Shown: piece by piece, positions 43,234-53,570 of the stretch
Layout of the letters: every line of letters starts with the position of its first letter
Position numbering within the stretch: the first letter of the stretch is position 1
Assembly: GCA_963790475.1 (NCBI GenBank)
Contig: CAWBOS010000012.1
Location: 1,120,001 to 1,184,000 of the forward strand
Source: an uncultured delta proteobacterium
Lineage (GTDB): Bacteria; Desulfobacterota; RBG-13-43-22
DNA: 64,000 nucleotides
Direction of reading: 5' to 3'
Made by a program: the position numbers and the translations under genes
The notes under the pieces: model-generated
Database searches by the model: none
What the model was told of the DNA's origin: nothing
The model's input: only the letters and a program-made list of their open reading frames with translations

Positions 43234-44587
43234 GTGGATCATCTGCAACATTTGACCGAGGAAGATATCGTCATTGAAAACCTGGGCCCGCCCAAAATCA
43301 ATTCTCCGGTAAGATGCATCAACCTTCAAGGCCAGGAAGTCGGTCCGGTTTCCCTGCAGAAACTTCGTCACCGAAGACGATCGGGTGGTGGTTGATAATT
43401 CCCAGAAATATTTTTTGGAGTGTTGTGAAAAAGGGGAAAGTCCTCTGTCCTTTGAAAAGGCCGGCCCGCGGCAGAAAATCTATTTCGATCCCAAAAAAAT
43501 CAAATGTGCCATTGTCACTGCCGGGGGGCTTTGTCCGGGATTGAATGATGTCATCCGTTCCATTGTTCTTGAACTGTATTATATTTACGGGGTGGACAAT
43601 GTGATCGGTATCCCTTTTGGGTATCAGGGCTTTATCCCCCAATACGGTCACCCGGTCATCGATCTGACCCCGGAGCGGGTTTCCTATATTCATGAGCTGG
43701 GGGGGACGATTCTCTCCTCTTCCCGGGGCCAATACAAAATCGAAGAAATTGTGGATTCCCTTCAGCAATTGAACATCAATATTCTCTTCACCATCGGCGG
43801 GGACGGCACCTTGCGCGGGGCCCAGGAGATTTCTCGGGAAATTGAGAAAAGGGGGCTGATCACCTCGGTCATCGGCATTCCCAAAACCATTGACAATGAC
43901 ATTTCCTGGGTGGAAAAATCCTTCGGCTTTGAAACGGCCGTGGAAGATGCCGCCAAGGTGATCCAAAGCGCCCATGTCGAAGCGCTGGGGGCCCCCAGGG
44001 GGATCGGGATGGTCAAGCTGATGGGGCGATATTCCGGTTTTATCGCCGCCAGTGCCGCCCTGGCCTCCCGGGATGTCAATTTCGTATTGATCCCGGAATC
44101 GGATTTTGATTTGGAAGGTTCCGGAGGATTATTGGTCGCCTTGGAAAAACGTTTGGAAAAGAGAGGGCATGCCGTCATCGTAGTGGCCGAGGGGGCGGGA
44201 CAAAAATATCTGGCCGACCTTCCCCAAACCAAAGATCCGTCGGGAAATATCCGATTGAAAGATATCGGGACTTATCTGACGGAACGAATCAATCACCATT
44301 TTGCCGAAAAGAATAGTGAGATCAACCTGAAATATATCGATCCCAGTTATATCATCCGCAGCCAGCCGGCCAATTCCAATGATCGGATATTTTGCGGTTT
44401 TCTGGGTCAGCATGCTGTTCATGCCGGGATGGCCGGGAAAACCAATATGCTGGTCAGCCTCTGGAATAACGAGTATGTGCATCTCCCCATCCGGGCTGCT
44501 GTGGCCCAAAGAAAGCAGGTCGATCTGGTGGGGAATATGTGGATGAGTGTTTTGGAATCCACCGGCCAGCCGTCGCTGGAAAATTGA
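43234..44587 (+). CDS. 6-phosphofructokinase (N-terminal part shifted by an indel near 43350)
   Basis: AGGLCPGLN, GGDGT, IPKTIDND, FGFET, MGR and VAEG; upstream frame from GTG 43234 reads IENLGPPKINSP. Confidence 0.9.
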
Positions 44588-44604
44588 CATGAAAAGATAA
44601 GAAC

Positions 44605-44688
44605 CGTTCGTCGTTCAGCGTTCGGCGTTTGTCGATAAAGTCAATAAACATTCCCCACCTATTGCTTATTGCCCATCGCCTATTGCCT
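44605..44688. repeat. Two blocks of degenerate heptamer tandem repeats
   Basis: cgttcgt cgttcag cgttcgg cgtttgt, and cctattg cttattg cccatcg cctattg. Confidence 0.65.
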
Positions 44689-44706
44689 TATTTTTAGGAG
44701 TTCAGT

Positions 44707-45201
44707 ATGCCTGAAAAAGAAAGAGATTATCGAAACAGGGAAATAACCTGGAGCGAGATCGATAAACGGAAAGACCGGAGCAGTCATGTTTCCGATGATC
44801 CGAAGCCTTTCGGGAAGAACAAAGAAAAGGCCGACTGGCTTCGCAAAATGGCCCTCAAAGAGGCCAATAAGCATTTTCAGGGGAAGCAAGGAACTCCGGC
44901 CCATGAAAAGGCCGTCGGCCTCTTACAAGAAAATTTCGGGACCCGAAAATTTCAGACCCTGGCCAAACAATATCTGGATGAATACGACCAGCCCAAGCAT
45001 TGGGGGACCCAGTTTCTCTTTCTGGATTATGACGACCCAGAGGTGGTTATCGATTTGTTGAACCAAATGGCCGCTGATTATCCGGAACGGTCCTTGCGGG
45101 AACAACAGGCCTTTGTAAGCAAGCTCCGCACCCTTAAAACTCTGGCCGAGGACGGAGAAGTGCGGGATCGGGCCGAAGAGGTTTTGGATTCCCTTTCCTG
45201 A
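44707..45201 (+). CDS. Hypothetical protein
   Basis: 164-aa ORF with an AGGAG SD; TWSEIDKRKD N-terminus and helical composition. Confidence 0.75.
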   Translation: MPEKERDYRNREITWSEIDKRKDRSSHVSDDPKPFGKNKEKADWLRKMALKEANKHFQGKQGTPAHEKAVGLLQENFGTRKFQTLAKQYLDEYDQPKHWGTQFLFLDYDDPEVVIDLLNQMAADYPERSLREQQAFVSKLRTLKTLAEDGEVRDRAEEVLDSLS

Positions 45202-45423
45202 AATTTAAGATAAAGAGAGAACTCATTCGGCGCCTGCAATCGGCAGGAGCGTTCGATATTCGGCGACAACAAATTACTTTCAGGCGATTATTCCAGGAGC
45301 TCTTCCATCACCGACACGGGTTCCCCCAATATTATTTTTAGCGCTTCCACTTGCTTTTGAAATTCCGCCTCTGTAAAAAAAATAAAGCCCTCTCCGGACA
45401 AAAGAAGAATTCTTGATTTTCCA

Positions 45424-46204
45424 ATGGTGGTTTTTGACATGATCATGAATGGCCTTCCTCAGATTCCCTTCCTGGAATTAGTCAAATCTTCGGCTTCCCT
45501 GCGATGTGAACTTAAAATGGTTTACGACCGTCTTCCCGCCACCAGGTGTCTGCGCCAGGTTCGGTGTTGCCTGCTGTTGCCGGAGATGACTTTTCTGGAG
45601 ACTCTGCCGGCGATCAGTGCCATGAGGTCCTGGCCTCCACTGGACCGCATCAATATTATGAGGAAAATGGTCCGGTATTTTTTGGGCAATGCTACGGAAA
45701 TTCATTCCTGCCCTTTTTTGCAAGGCAGTGATTGCCTGATCTACCCGGACCGGTTTTTCGGCTGCCGGGCCTACGGACTTTGGTCCAAGGATTATTATCA
45801 GGAGCTGGTGAAGGAAAACCGGCAGGGAAAGCTGTTTTTGCGGCAACAGTGGGAGAACTTGGGGATACCCTTGCCCGATGGAAGTCCTTTCTTTCGAGGT
45901 CCCTTATTGTTCCCAAGTGGAAACGGTTCCGCCGCTGGCGATCACCGATGGGGAGCTTTCCGCCGCCTCGGACAAGATCGAAAGACTGTCGCAAGATCTG
46001 GAACCCTGGGATCGGGAATTCAGGGAAAACTATTCTTCCGACTTGAGCTTTTTCCTGACCAGCCTGCAATTCGGGTCTCAAGAAGCCGTTCGCCTGAAAT
46101 TTTTTATCACCAGAGATACTATCCAAAAAGGGGATCGAAATCTCTTGGATCAAACCCTCAGACGAGTGGCCGATCCACTTATCGAAGAATCGCAAAACCC
46201 TTGA
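45424..46204 (+). CDS. YkgJ-family Cys-cluster protein (indel near 45880)
   Basis: C..RCC, CPFL, CLIYPDRFFGCRAYG; continues as VLSFEVPYC in another frame. Confidence 0.75.
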
Positions 46205-46342
46205 CCGGGTCCTTCAAGATAGAATAGGAAATAGTGAGTGCATCTTTTACGGCACCTGCATCGATGGCTGTCCGTCCGGGGTCATCAAGTATGCTTTCCA
46301 TAAAAAGAGCTAACATTGTATAATATGCTATTGGAGGAAAGT

Positions 46343-46784
46343 ATGAAGCCTGATTTATGGTCCTTATATGCCCTTATGCACAAAAGCCGATTGTTTGAGG
46401 AGGCTGTCACCCAACTGTGGAAAGACGGGCTGATTTCCGGTGAGATGCACCTGGGGACAGGTGAAGAGGCCATTGTGGCCGGGGTCATCTCCCAGTTAAA
46501 GGCGGAGGATGCTATGGCCTTGGACCACCGGGGCACCCCGCCCTTGCTGATTCATGAGTTTCAGGGGGGCATCACTGGGGGAACGGTTGGCAGGGCTCAA
46601 AGTTGTATTATCGTCGGTTATGACCACCCTAAGGGACCCGCGCCGGGATAGCGGTAACGATCCGGTTTTACGAACCCGAACCGTCTTGATGTCGGACCAG
46701 GAACGCCTGATGAAACTGGAAGCGGCCATAGAGCAAGAGGTCAGCAATGCCCTGTCCTCTGCCCTTGAGGAGTGTGTAGTATGA
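46343..46784 (+). pseudogene. TPP-dependent 2-oxoacid/acetoin dehydrogenase E1-alpha with a large internal deletion
   Basis: The N-terminus RLFEE...GEMHLGTGEEA...DHRG joins at ~46552 to a C-terminal ...NDPV...IEQEV piece; the GDG TPP motif is absent. Confidence 0.8.
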
Positions 46785-47794
46785 AAACCATGTATTTCAC
46801 GGAAGCCGTTGACGACGCAATCGCCCAGGCCATGATCCAAGATCCCCGCATTATTCTCTTGGGTGAGGATGTCCCCCTGCTTCGTCGGAATCTGCTGGCA
46901 CGTTTTGGCCCCCAACGGGTGCGGGGCACACCGATCAGTGAAAGCGCTTTTCTGGGGGCCGGCGTGGCCGCTGCCATGGCCGGTTTACGGCCGGTGGTCG
47001 AACTGTATATGGTGGATTTTATCGGCGTCACGGCTGATGCCCTGCTTAATCATGCTGCCAAACTGGAAAGTTTTTCAGGGGGAAAATGGACCGCCCCTAT
47101 CGTTGTCCGGGCACCCTGCGGAGGCGGATATGGAGACGGGGGACAGCATGAACAATCATTATGGGGCTGGTTGGCCCACATTCCCGGACTGACCGTGGTT
47201 GTTCCCTCAACGCCGGCCGATGCCGGTGGGTTGATGTCAGCGGCTTTGAAATACGACGGGCCGGTTATTTTTCTCGAACATAAGTTGCTTTCAGAATCCT
47301 GGTTGGAATTTTTGGGATCCGGGGGACGCAAAACCGTCCAATACCCTACCCCCGCCGAAGGGAACCATGGCCTTGTACCTCAAAGCTGGGAGCCGGTTCC
47401 CATCGGCCAAGCCCTGCTTCGACGTGAGGGCAACGATGTGACCCTGGTCAGTGTGGGCGTAGGCGTACACCGCGTCCTTGAAGCCTCGGACATTCTGGGA
47501 AAGGAAGGTATTTCCGTCGGGGTTCTGGATCTGAGAACCGTCTCCCCGCTCGACAAGGCGACCCTCTGTGAAGAGGTCTCTCGGACGGACCGCTTACTGG
47601 TTGTGGATGAAGACTACGAAGGTTTCGGACTTTCAGGTGAATTGGCGGCCATTGTATCAGAGGCCGGTATTCCGGTTAAATATGCTCGAGTCTGCACCCG
47701 GACCTCTATTCCTTATTCTCGCTGCCTGGAAGACCAGACTTTGCCGAATGTCGAACGTATCTGCGCCAGTATCAAACTACTTGTTCAAAAATAA
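46781..47794 (+). CDS. 2-oxoacid/acetoin dehydrogenase E1-beta subunit
   Basis: LGEDV, RVRGTPISE, GLRPVVE, IPGLTVVVPS, FLEHK and DLRTVSPLD. Confidence 0.92.
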   Translation: MKTMYFTEAVDDAIAQAMIQDPRIILLGEDVPLLRRNLLARFGPQRVRGTPISESAFLGAGVAAAMAGLRPVVELYMVDFIGVTADALLNHAAKLESFSGGKWTAPIVVRAPCGGGYGDGGQHEQSLWGWLAHIPGLTVVVPSTPADAGGLMSAALKYDGPVIFLEHKLLSESWLEFLGSGGRKTVQYPTPAEGNHGLVPQSWEPVPIGQALLRREGNDVTLVSVGVGVHRVLEASDILGKEGISVGVLDLRTVSPLDKATLCEEVSRTDRLLVVDEDYEGFGLSGELAAIVSEAGIPVKYARVCTRTSIPYSRCLEDQTLPNVERICASIKLLVQK

Positions 47795-47861
47795 CTAATT
47801 TAGTATTTTTTTCAATCAGGATAGGCCTTGGAAAACCAATCCCTATTGAAAGGAACGGGCC

Positions 47862-48521
47862 ATGTATATCGGTCATTTTGCCCTGGGTTTTGCGGCCAAG
47901 AAGGTGGCACCCCAACCGTCATTGGGGACCCTGTTTCTGGCCACGCAGTTCCTCGATCTGCTCTGGCCGCTATTACTTTTACTGGGCTGGGAACAAGTGT
48001 TGGTCGAGCCCGGGAATACGGTGGTTACCCCTCTTAATTTCACCCATTATCCCATCTCCCATAGTTTCCTTTTGGCGTTTATCTGGGGAGTACTGATCGG
48101 GGGGATCTATTGGGTCGTAAAAAAAGACCTGAAAACAGGCTTATGGCTTGGATTACTGGTCATCAGCCACTGGGTTCTGGATTTATTAACCCACCGCCCG
48201 GATCTGCCTTTGCTGCCCGGCCTGGATATCAAAGTGGGCCTTGGCCTGTGGAATTCCCTGCTTGGGACCCTACTGGTGGAAGGGGGATTGTTTGTTGTCG
48301 GGGTTTATCTTTATGCCACCTCAACTCAAGCCAAAAATAAGACCGGCCGATGGGCCCTTTGGGGATTGGTGGCCTTTTTTATCATTACCTATCTCGGCAA
48401 TCTGTTCGGCCCCCCGCCGCCGGCGGTGGAACTGATTGTCTATATTGGTCTCCTGCAGTGGCTGCTGATCGCCTGGGCCTACTGGATCGACCGCAACCGC
48501 ATGGTTATTTATCTTCCTTGA
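47862..48521 (+). CDS. Membrane-bound metal-dependent hydrolase
   Basis: MYIGH, DLLWP, SHS and SHWVLDLLTHRPDLP, with multiple TM segments. Confidence 0.82.
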   Translation: MYIGHFALGFAAKKVAPQPSLGTLFLATQFLDLLWPLLLLLGWEQVLVEPGNTVVTPLNFTHYPISHSFLLAFIWGVLIGGIYWVVKKDLKTGLWLGLLVISHWVLDLLTHRPDLPLLPGLDIKVGLGLWNSLLGTLLVEGGLFVVGVYLYATSTQAKNKTGRWALWGLVAFFIITYLGNLFGPPPPAVELIVYIGLLQWLLIAWAYWIDRNRMVIYLP

Positions 48522-48758
48522 TTTAAAATCAGGGTGCGCGTCCAGATGGCCGGTTGGAGTGATGGGTGAACAGATATTTCTTCTTTCTCCCACCTCCGAA
48601 CATCGCCTTGGGAACCTTGGAGCAGTTCTAACACGTCCATCCACTGCAAGAAAAAATTGCTCTTTTTCACCATCAAAAAGCAAATTCTTGCAAACATTCT
48701 CACTCTCCTTCGGGGATAGACGCGTCCTATATGCGGCAGCATGAAGGACGGAACCCTG

Positions 48759-49106
48759 TCAATAGATTGAACGAATTCTCCCTGTTCTTTTATCTACGAT
48801 CGTCTTATCCATGAGGTTTCCATCGGCGTCCCGGATTTCTGCCTCGAAGTACCACTCCTTTTCCTCTATCTTACCAACGGTCATCTTATGTGGGCAGCCT
48901 GAGAAATACCGTTGCAGGACTTGTTTAGCCTCGTCAACGGTCCTGACGGGCTTACGCACTCCGTAAGGGCCACCCCAGCGAGGGCCTGGACAGAATTGTC
49001 CGTACGGCATTCCCTCATACCATCCGCGACCCCTTGGTTGCGCGAAAGAGACCACCGGCAGCATCAGCAGCTCTACGATAACAAGGAGAAATGTCAGAAT
49101 CCTCAT
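48759..49106 (-). CDS. Exported PepSY-like small protein
   Basis: Signal peptide; EAKQVL...YFEAEI...VDKRTGRI. Confidence 0.7.
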   Translation of the reverse strand: MRILTFLLVIVELLMLPVVSFAQPRGRGWYEGMPYGQFCPGPRWGGPYGVRKPVRTVDEAKQVLQRYFSGCPHKMTVGKIEEKEWYFEAEIRDADGNLMDKTIVDKRTGRIRSIY

Positions 49107-49168
49107 TCTCTTACCTCATGCAGGCGGGGCGGGCGATCCCCCGTCCAGCCTGCAACTTGTTCTCCTGT

Positions 49169-49624
49169 CTAGTTCCACATGCCCCTCGGGCCATACCCGT
49201 AACCGGCGTTACCCTGCCAGCCGCAACCCATTCCACAGCCGCGACCAAAGCCGGTATTAGGACCCATGCCCCGACCGTGACCAAAGCCTGCTCCACGACC
49301 CATGGCCGAACCAGGACCCCACGCGGGCAATCCGTTTTTCTCAGCAGCAACCTGAATCTTCGTCCGGAGATCGATCATTTCCTTCTGGAGGGTCGCTATT
49401 CGCTCGAAATTCGGTTTAGCCTGTGAGTACTCGTTCCTGATCTCAAGTCTCTTGGCCATCATTTCATCCCTCAGAGGAAGCGTCTCCTTCTGGAACTTTC
49501 TCAGGGCGTTCACGTCCGTTTGGGCCGCTGCCGAGCGGGGCCCATAAGCCTGAGCCCACCCATAAATTGAAGCAAAGAGAACCGCAATCAACACTGCCAT
49601 TGCCACTACTGATACCCTTTTCAT
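49169..49624 (-). CDS. Periplasmic ZraP/Spy/CpxP-like protein with a Gly/Met-rich tail
   Basis: Signal peptide, KFQKETLPLRDEMMAKRLE...IATLQKE and GMG repeats; next to a two-component system. Confidence 0.75.
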   Translation of the reverse strand: MKRVSVVAMAVLIAVLFASIYGWAQAYGPRSAAAQTDVNALRKFQKETLPLRDEMMAKRLEIRNEYSQAKPNFERIATLQKEMIDLRTKIQVAAEKNGLPAWGPGSAMGRGAGFGHGRGMGPNTGFGRGCGMGCGWQGNAGYGYGPRGMWN

Positions 49625-49692
49625 CTTTTCTGCCTCCTTGGCGTATATTTTCTATCAGTATAGGCGGCAGATGTGAAAGAGCGGCGAAGAGA

Positions 49693-51060
49693 TTATGAAG
49701 AATTGTGAAGAGGTGCCCCCGGGAGAAATGCTGTAAAAGAAGAGCCCGCCCCGTAGACGCTTTTCACTTCAATTCTCCCGCCCTGGGCCTCTAAAAGCTC
49801 TTTTACAATCGTCAATCCAATCCCGAGACCACCTCCGGGGCCCCGGTAGAATCTTTCGAAGAGGTAAGGAAGATCCTCCTCCTTAATCCCCGAACCATTA
49901 TCCTCGATGGTAATTGCCGTCTCACCCTCGACCGGCACCACCATTATGGACACGTGTCCGCCTGTTCCGGTTGCCTTCAATGCGTTGCTCAACAGATTAA
50001 CCACAATCTGGCTCAGGCGCTCCGGATCCACAAAAACCGTGACCTCCTTATCACACCTAACCTCCAGGGTCACTGCCTTTTCGAGAAAGGAGGCTCGGAA
50101 ACGGTCTACAATGTTCTCGAGAAAAGGTTTGACGTTGAACTGCTGCGGGTTCAGAGAAAGGACACCCGCCTCATTTTCATTGAGTTCTTCGATCCCGTCG
50201 ACTATCTTCTTGAGACGGCCTGTTTCCTCGTAGAGGGATTGCACCCTCTCTGGGCCATGCGGCAACATCCCATCCATCACAGCCTCAAGCTCCCCACGCA
50301 TGACACCGAGTGGGGTCCTCAGTTCATGGGCCACGTCTGCGATCAGCTTTTTTCGCAGGGATTCATGGGTGCGGAGAGACTTGACCATACGGTTAAACGC
50401 TACGGCCAGCTTACCGACCTCGTCTTGTCTTGAAACCCCTACCTGACTCCTGAGATCCCCCCTGCTGATTGCTAACGCCGCACGTGCCAGTTCTTTGATC
50501 GGCTTGGCAAGGCGCCGCGAAAAGAGAAAGCTCAGCACAAAGGCCACAGTACCCACCAGCACCATGGACATAATCAGAAGACGATCCGATCTCTGAACGA
50601 ATACCTTTTCCTTCGCCCCCTGAAGCTTTCTTACTTCAAGCGTGCCGATGGGCCGGCCTCCGAGGAACATGGGATAAGGGACAAATTCACCTCCACCCGG
50701 TTCCGTCCGGAACTGGGAAAAGGCCTTTAATCTCCTCTCGAAAAGCGGAGAAATGCCCTGGATGGCCCTGTTAGTGTCTGTAACCAGTTGTCCGTTTCCG
50801 TCGATGAGCCTGATCTCAAAACCCTCCGTTAAGGCCCATATGACCTCCCGACTCTGGCTCTCCTCCCGCCAGCCGGATTGGCGCTCATAGGACGCCTCGA
50901 GGCCCGCTAGGATCCCGTAGACCCTGTCTTCGGTCTCACCCTCCAGGTATTCGCGAAAGTCCACGACCATCAGCTGCCTCAATACTACGGCGGCCGACAG
51001 CGCCACCGCACCAACGATCATAAGGAGAAGCAGTGATTTGAACCAGAGACTCCTAAGCAT
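49693..51060 (-). CDS. HAMP-domain sensor histidine kinase (BaeS-like)
   Basis: Two TM segments, DEVGKL, AHELRTPL, NLLSNA, DNGSG and GLGIGL. Confidence 0.95.
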   Translation of the reverse strand: MLRSLWFKSLLLLMIVGAVALSAAVVLRQLMVVDFREYLEGETEDRVYGILAGLEASYERQSGWREESQSREVIWALTEGFEIRLIDGNGQLVTDTNRAIQGISPLFERRLKAFSQFRTEPGGGEFVPYPMFLGGRPIGTLEVRKLQGAKEKVFVQRSDRLLIMSMVLVGTVAFVLSFLFSRRLAKPIKELARAALAISRGDLRSQVGVSRQDEVGKLAVAFNRMVKSLRTHESLRKKLIADVAHELRTPLGVMRGELEAVMDGMLPHGPERVQSLYEETGRLKKIVDGIEELNENEAGVLSLNPQQFNVKPFLENIVDRFRASFLEKAVTLEVRCDKEVTVFVDPERLSQIVVNLLSNALKATGTGGHVSIMVVPVEGETAITIEDNGSGIKEEDLPYLFERFYRGPGGGLGIGLTIVKELLEAQGGRIEVKSVYGAGSSFTAFLPGAPLHNSS

Positions 51061-51757
51061 CTTTATTAGCCGAGAACCGGTATCCTACGCCGTAAATCGT
51101 TTGAATGAGAGACGGTTGCTGAGGGTCATCTTCTATCTTGCGGCGGATGTTTTTGACATGAGCGTCGACGCTCCTCTCGTAGCCCTCGAACTGATAGCCA
51201 AGTGCCTTTTCCACGAGTTCGCTCCGGCTAAAGACCTTGAAGGGAGTACTGGCGAGGGTGAAGATCACTTTGAATTCGGTTGGGGTCAATTCGACGGTCT
51301 TACCATCCTTCGACGCACGGTACATGCGGCCGTCGAGAAGGAGACGCCCCCCATTGAAACTTATTGGTGCGGTACCGGCCAAGTCCTTCTTCTCGGAGCG
51401 TTTCAGTATGGCCTTCACCCGCGAAACCAGTTCCCTGGGGCTGAAGGGCTTCACCACGTAATCATCTGCGCCAAGGGCAAAACCGGCGACCCGCTCGTCC
51501 TCCGACGACTTGGCGGTCAGCATAATCACAGGTAGATTGTCATCCATCTCCTTCAACTGGAGGCAGATTTCCTCTCCACTTATGTCTGGGAGCATGAGGT
51601 CGAGGATGACCAGAAGAACCTTCTCCTTGGCGGCTGCCTCCAGGGCATCCTTCCCGCGATCGAAAAGGGAGACCCTGAACCCTGCGCCCTCCAGGTAGAC
51701 CTTCACGATCCGAGCTATTTTGGCGTCATCTTCTATGACAAGGATGGGATAGACCAT
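51053..51757 (-). CDS. OmpR-family response regulator
   Basis: IEDD, LDLMLP, GADDYVVKPF, LTPTEF and TIYGVGYRF. Confidence 0.95.
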   Translation of the reverse strand: MVYPILVIEDDAKIARIVKVYLEGAGFRVSLFDRGKDALEAAAKEKVLLVILDLMLPDISGEEICLQLKEMDDNLPVIMLTAKSSEDERVAGFALGADDYVVKPFSPRELVSRVKAILKRSEKKDLAGTAPISFNGGRLLLDGRMYRASKDGKTVELTPTEFKVIFTLASTPFKVFSRSELVEKALGYQFEGYERSVDAHVKNIRRKIEDDPQQPSLIQTIYGVGYRFSANKDA

Positions 51758-51810
51758 CTAGGCAACTTTACCCCAGAATCTTTACGGACTCAAGTTTATT
51801 GGTTTTTTCG

Positions 51811-52072
51811 TCATATTTTACCATCTGGTATCGGCAATATAAAGCGATTTCTCATTTGTATACACCAGCCGGATCCCTGTCTCAGTAGGAAGAAGTTCAT
51901 AGGTTCCTGTTCAGATGGGAATCGGGCCGCCAGCTCCGCAAAAAGGACCTCGCAAGGTAGTAGCTTCCTCTTAGAATAAATGCCGACACAGAAGTCTCTT
52001 GGAAGACTCGCTGAAAAGTTCATCCGGAATAAGGATATCAAGGATAATATTAGTGTCAACGGCTGTTATCAT
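51811..52072 (-). pseudogene. Decayed VapC/PIN toxin
   Basis: MITAVDTNIILDILIPD start at 52072, followed by a stop and frame changes (…CEVLFAELAARF…). Confidence 0.65.
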
Positions 52073-52297
52073 GGCCTCTGATCCCTCTGACCAGGTCATC
52101 GCATCTTTGCCTTTTAAAATGCTTCAGTTTGCCCAGCGGCTGAACGGAGATTTGGTTGTAGCTTTTCGGATAAGAATCAAATCTCCTTTTTCTTTAAAGC
52201 CCACATCTTCTTCCGGGTGAATCCCCAGTTATTCCCTTACCTTTTTGGGAATAGTCACCTTCCCCTTAGACGTTATTTTTGCACAATCAATTTTCAT
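52073..52297 (-). pseudogene. Decayed AbrB/MazE-family antitoxin
   Basis: AKITSKGKVTIPKKVRE*LGIHPEEDVGF, with an internal TAA and a later frameshift. Confidence 0.75.
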
Positions 52298-52833
52298 CCC
52301 TAAATAAGAAATTGCCTTTAAATTGTCAAGTTTTAATTCGACAATAATTATAAATGGATTCCCTTAAGAGAGGACATCCTATATTTGTTCTGTCAAGAGA
52401 AAAAATAGCATTCAAAGGAAAACAATGATTTTGATGAGGTAGAAATTTCTCCTTTTTTTGAAGGCACCTCTATTATTTCGTCTGACAGGTAGACGTGATT
52501 CATCTGTTTCCCAAGTATTACCAAGTGCGAACTTTGAACCTTCGGAGTTATTCGTGTCCGATAGGCGGTACTGCCACTATCCCATAAACCTTTATTCTGA
52601 TTTTAAAGCTTAATGAGCGGCCATTCAGTATCGTCCGGATTTGAAAATTTTTCTTTCAATTAGGTTACGTCTCGGATTATACTTTTCCCTAATGATCAGA
52701 TTAATTAAGTGAAAAAAAACGAAGGGCTGTTTTAAGGTAACTTCTCTTCCAAGTTTTGTTGGTATGCTTGCTGCCTGCTGCGGAGGGCTGTTTTTGTGGA
52801 GGGGAATTTTATTGGGACAAAGGTGAGGCCTGA

Positions 52834-53418
52834 ATGGGCAAAAGTAGATTAGAAGCCTTTAGCGACGGCGTGATCGCCATCATCATCACCATCATGGTGT
52901 TGGAGTTAAAGGTGCCCCGGGGCGAGGGTATCGATGCCCTGACACCATTGATTCCCGTTTTCTTGAGCTATGTGTTGAGCTTCGTCTATGTCGGTATTTA
53001 CTGGAACAATCACCACCATATGCTGCATACGAGCCGCAAGGTAACCGGACCGATGCTGTGGGCCAACCTGCATCTGTTATTCTGGCTATCGCTGTTTCCC
53101 TTTGCCACGGGTTGGATGGGAGAAAATCACTTCGCTGCCGCGCCATCGGCCTTTTATGGAATCGTTCTGCTGATGGCCGCTGTCGCCTACTACATATTGC
53201 AGCAGCTCATCATCGCCTCCCAAGGCCCGGACTCTCTCTTAAGGAAGGCTATCGGCGGTGATTGGAAGGGAAAGATGTCGCCCCTCATTTACCTCATTGC
53301 CATTCCGACGGCGTTTTGGTCGCACTGGATCTCCCAAGTTTTATACGTACTGGTTGCCTTGGTTTGGCTCGTGCCGGATCGACGCATCGAAAACGCTCTT
53401 GCCGGCAAAGATACCTAA
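52834..53418 (+). CDS. TMEM175-family potassium channel (DUF1211)
   Basis: RLEAFSDGVIAIIITIMVL, YWNNHH and PFAT. Confidence 0.93.
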   Translation: MGKSRLEAFSDGVIAIIITIMVLELKVPRGEGIDALTPLIPVFLSYVLSFVYVGIYWNNHHHMLHTSRKVTGPMLWANLHLLFWLSLFPFATGWMGENHFAAAPSAFYGIVLLMAAVAYYILQQLIIASQGPDSLLRKAIGGDWKGKMSPLIYLIAIPTAFWSHWISQVLYVLVALVWLVPDRRIENALAGKDT

Positions 53419-53570
53419 CCCATATTATGGCGGGCTTTCAACTGCAAGGCCGGCAGCGGAGAACTGAAAAGGGGTTTCTTGAAATCTAGGGATTCCATAA
53501 TTTTAAGTTACCGTAATAGGAGAGTTCCACAAGTCAATCAGCCTCTTGCCTATCCCTCACCCTTTCTCCA

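Noticed and set aside
45285-45400. Minus-strand fragment GEGFIFFTEAEFQKQVEALKIILGEPVSVMEELLE*
   Set aside because: It looks like a gene 3' remnant but is too short to assign to a family.
53410-53460. ACCTAAC at the TMEM175 stop as an attC site
   Set aside because: The left core motif is present but no convincing complementary arm or GTTRRRY could be found.
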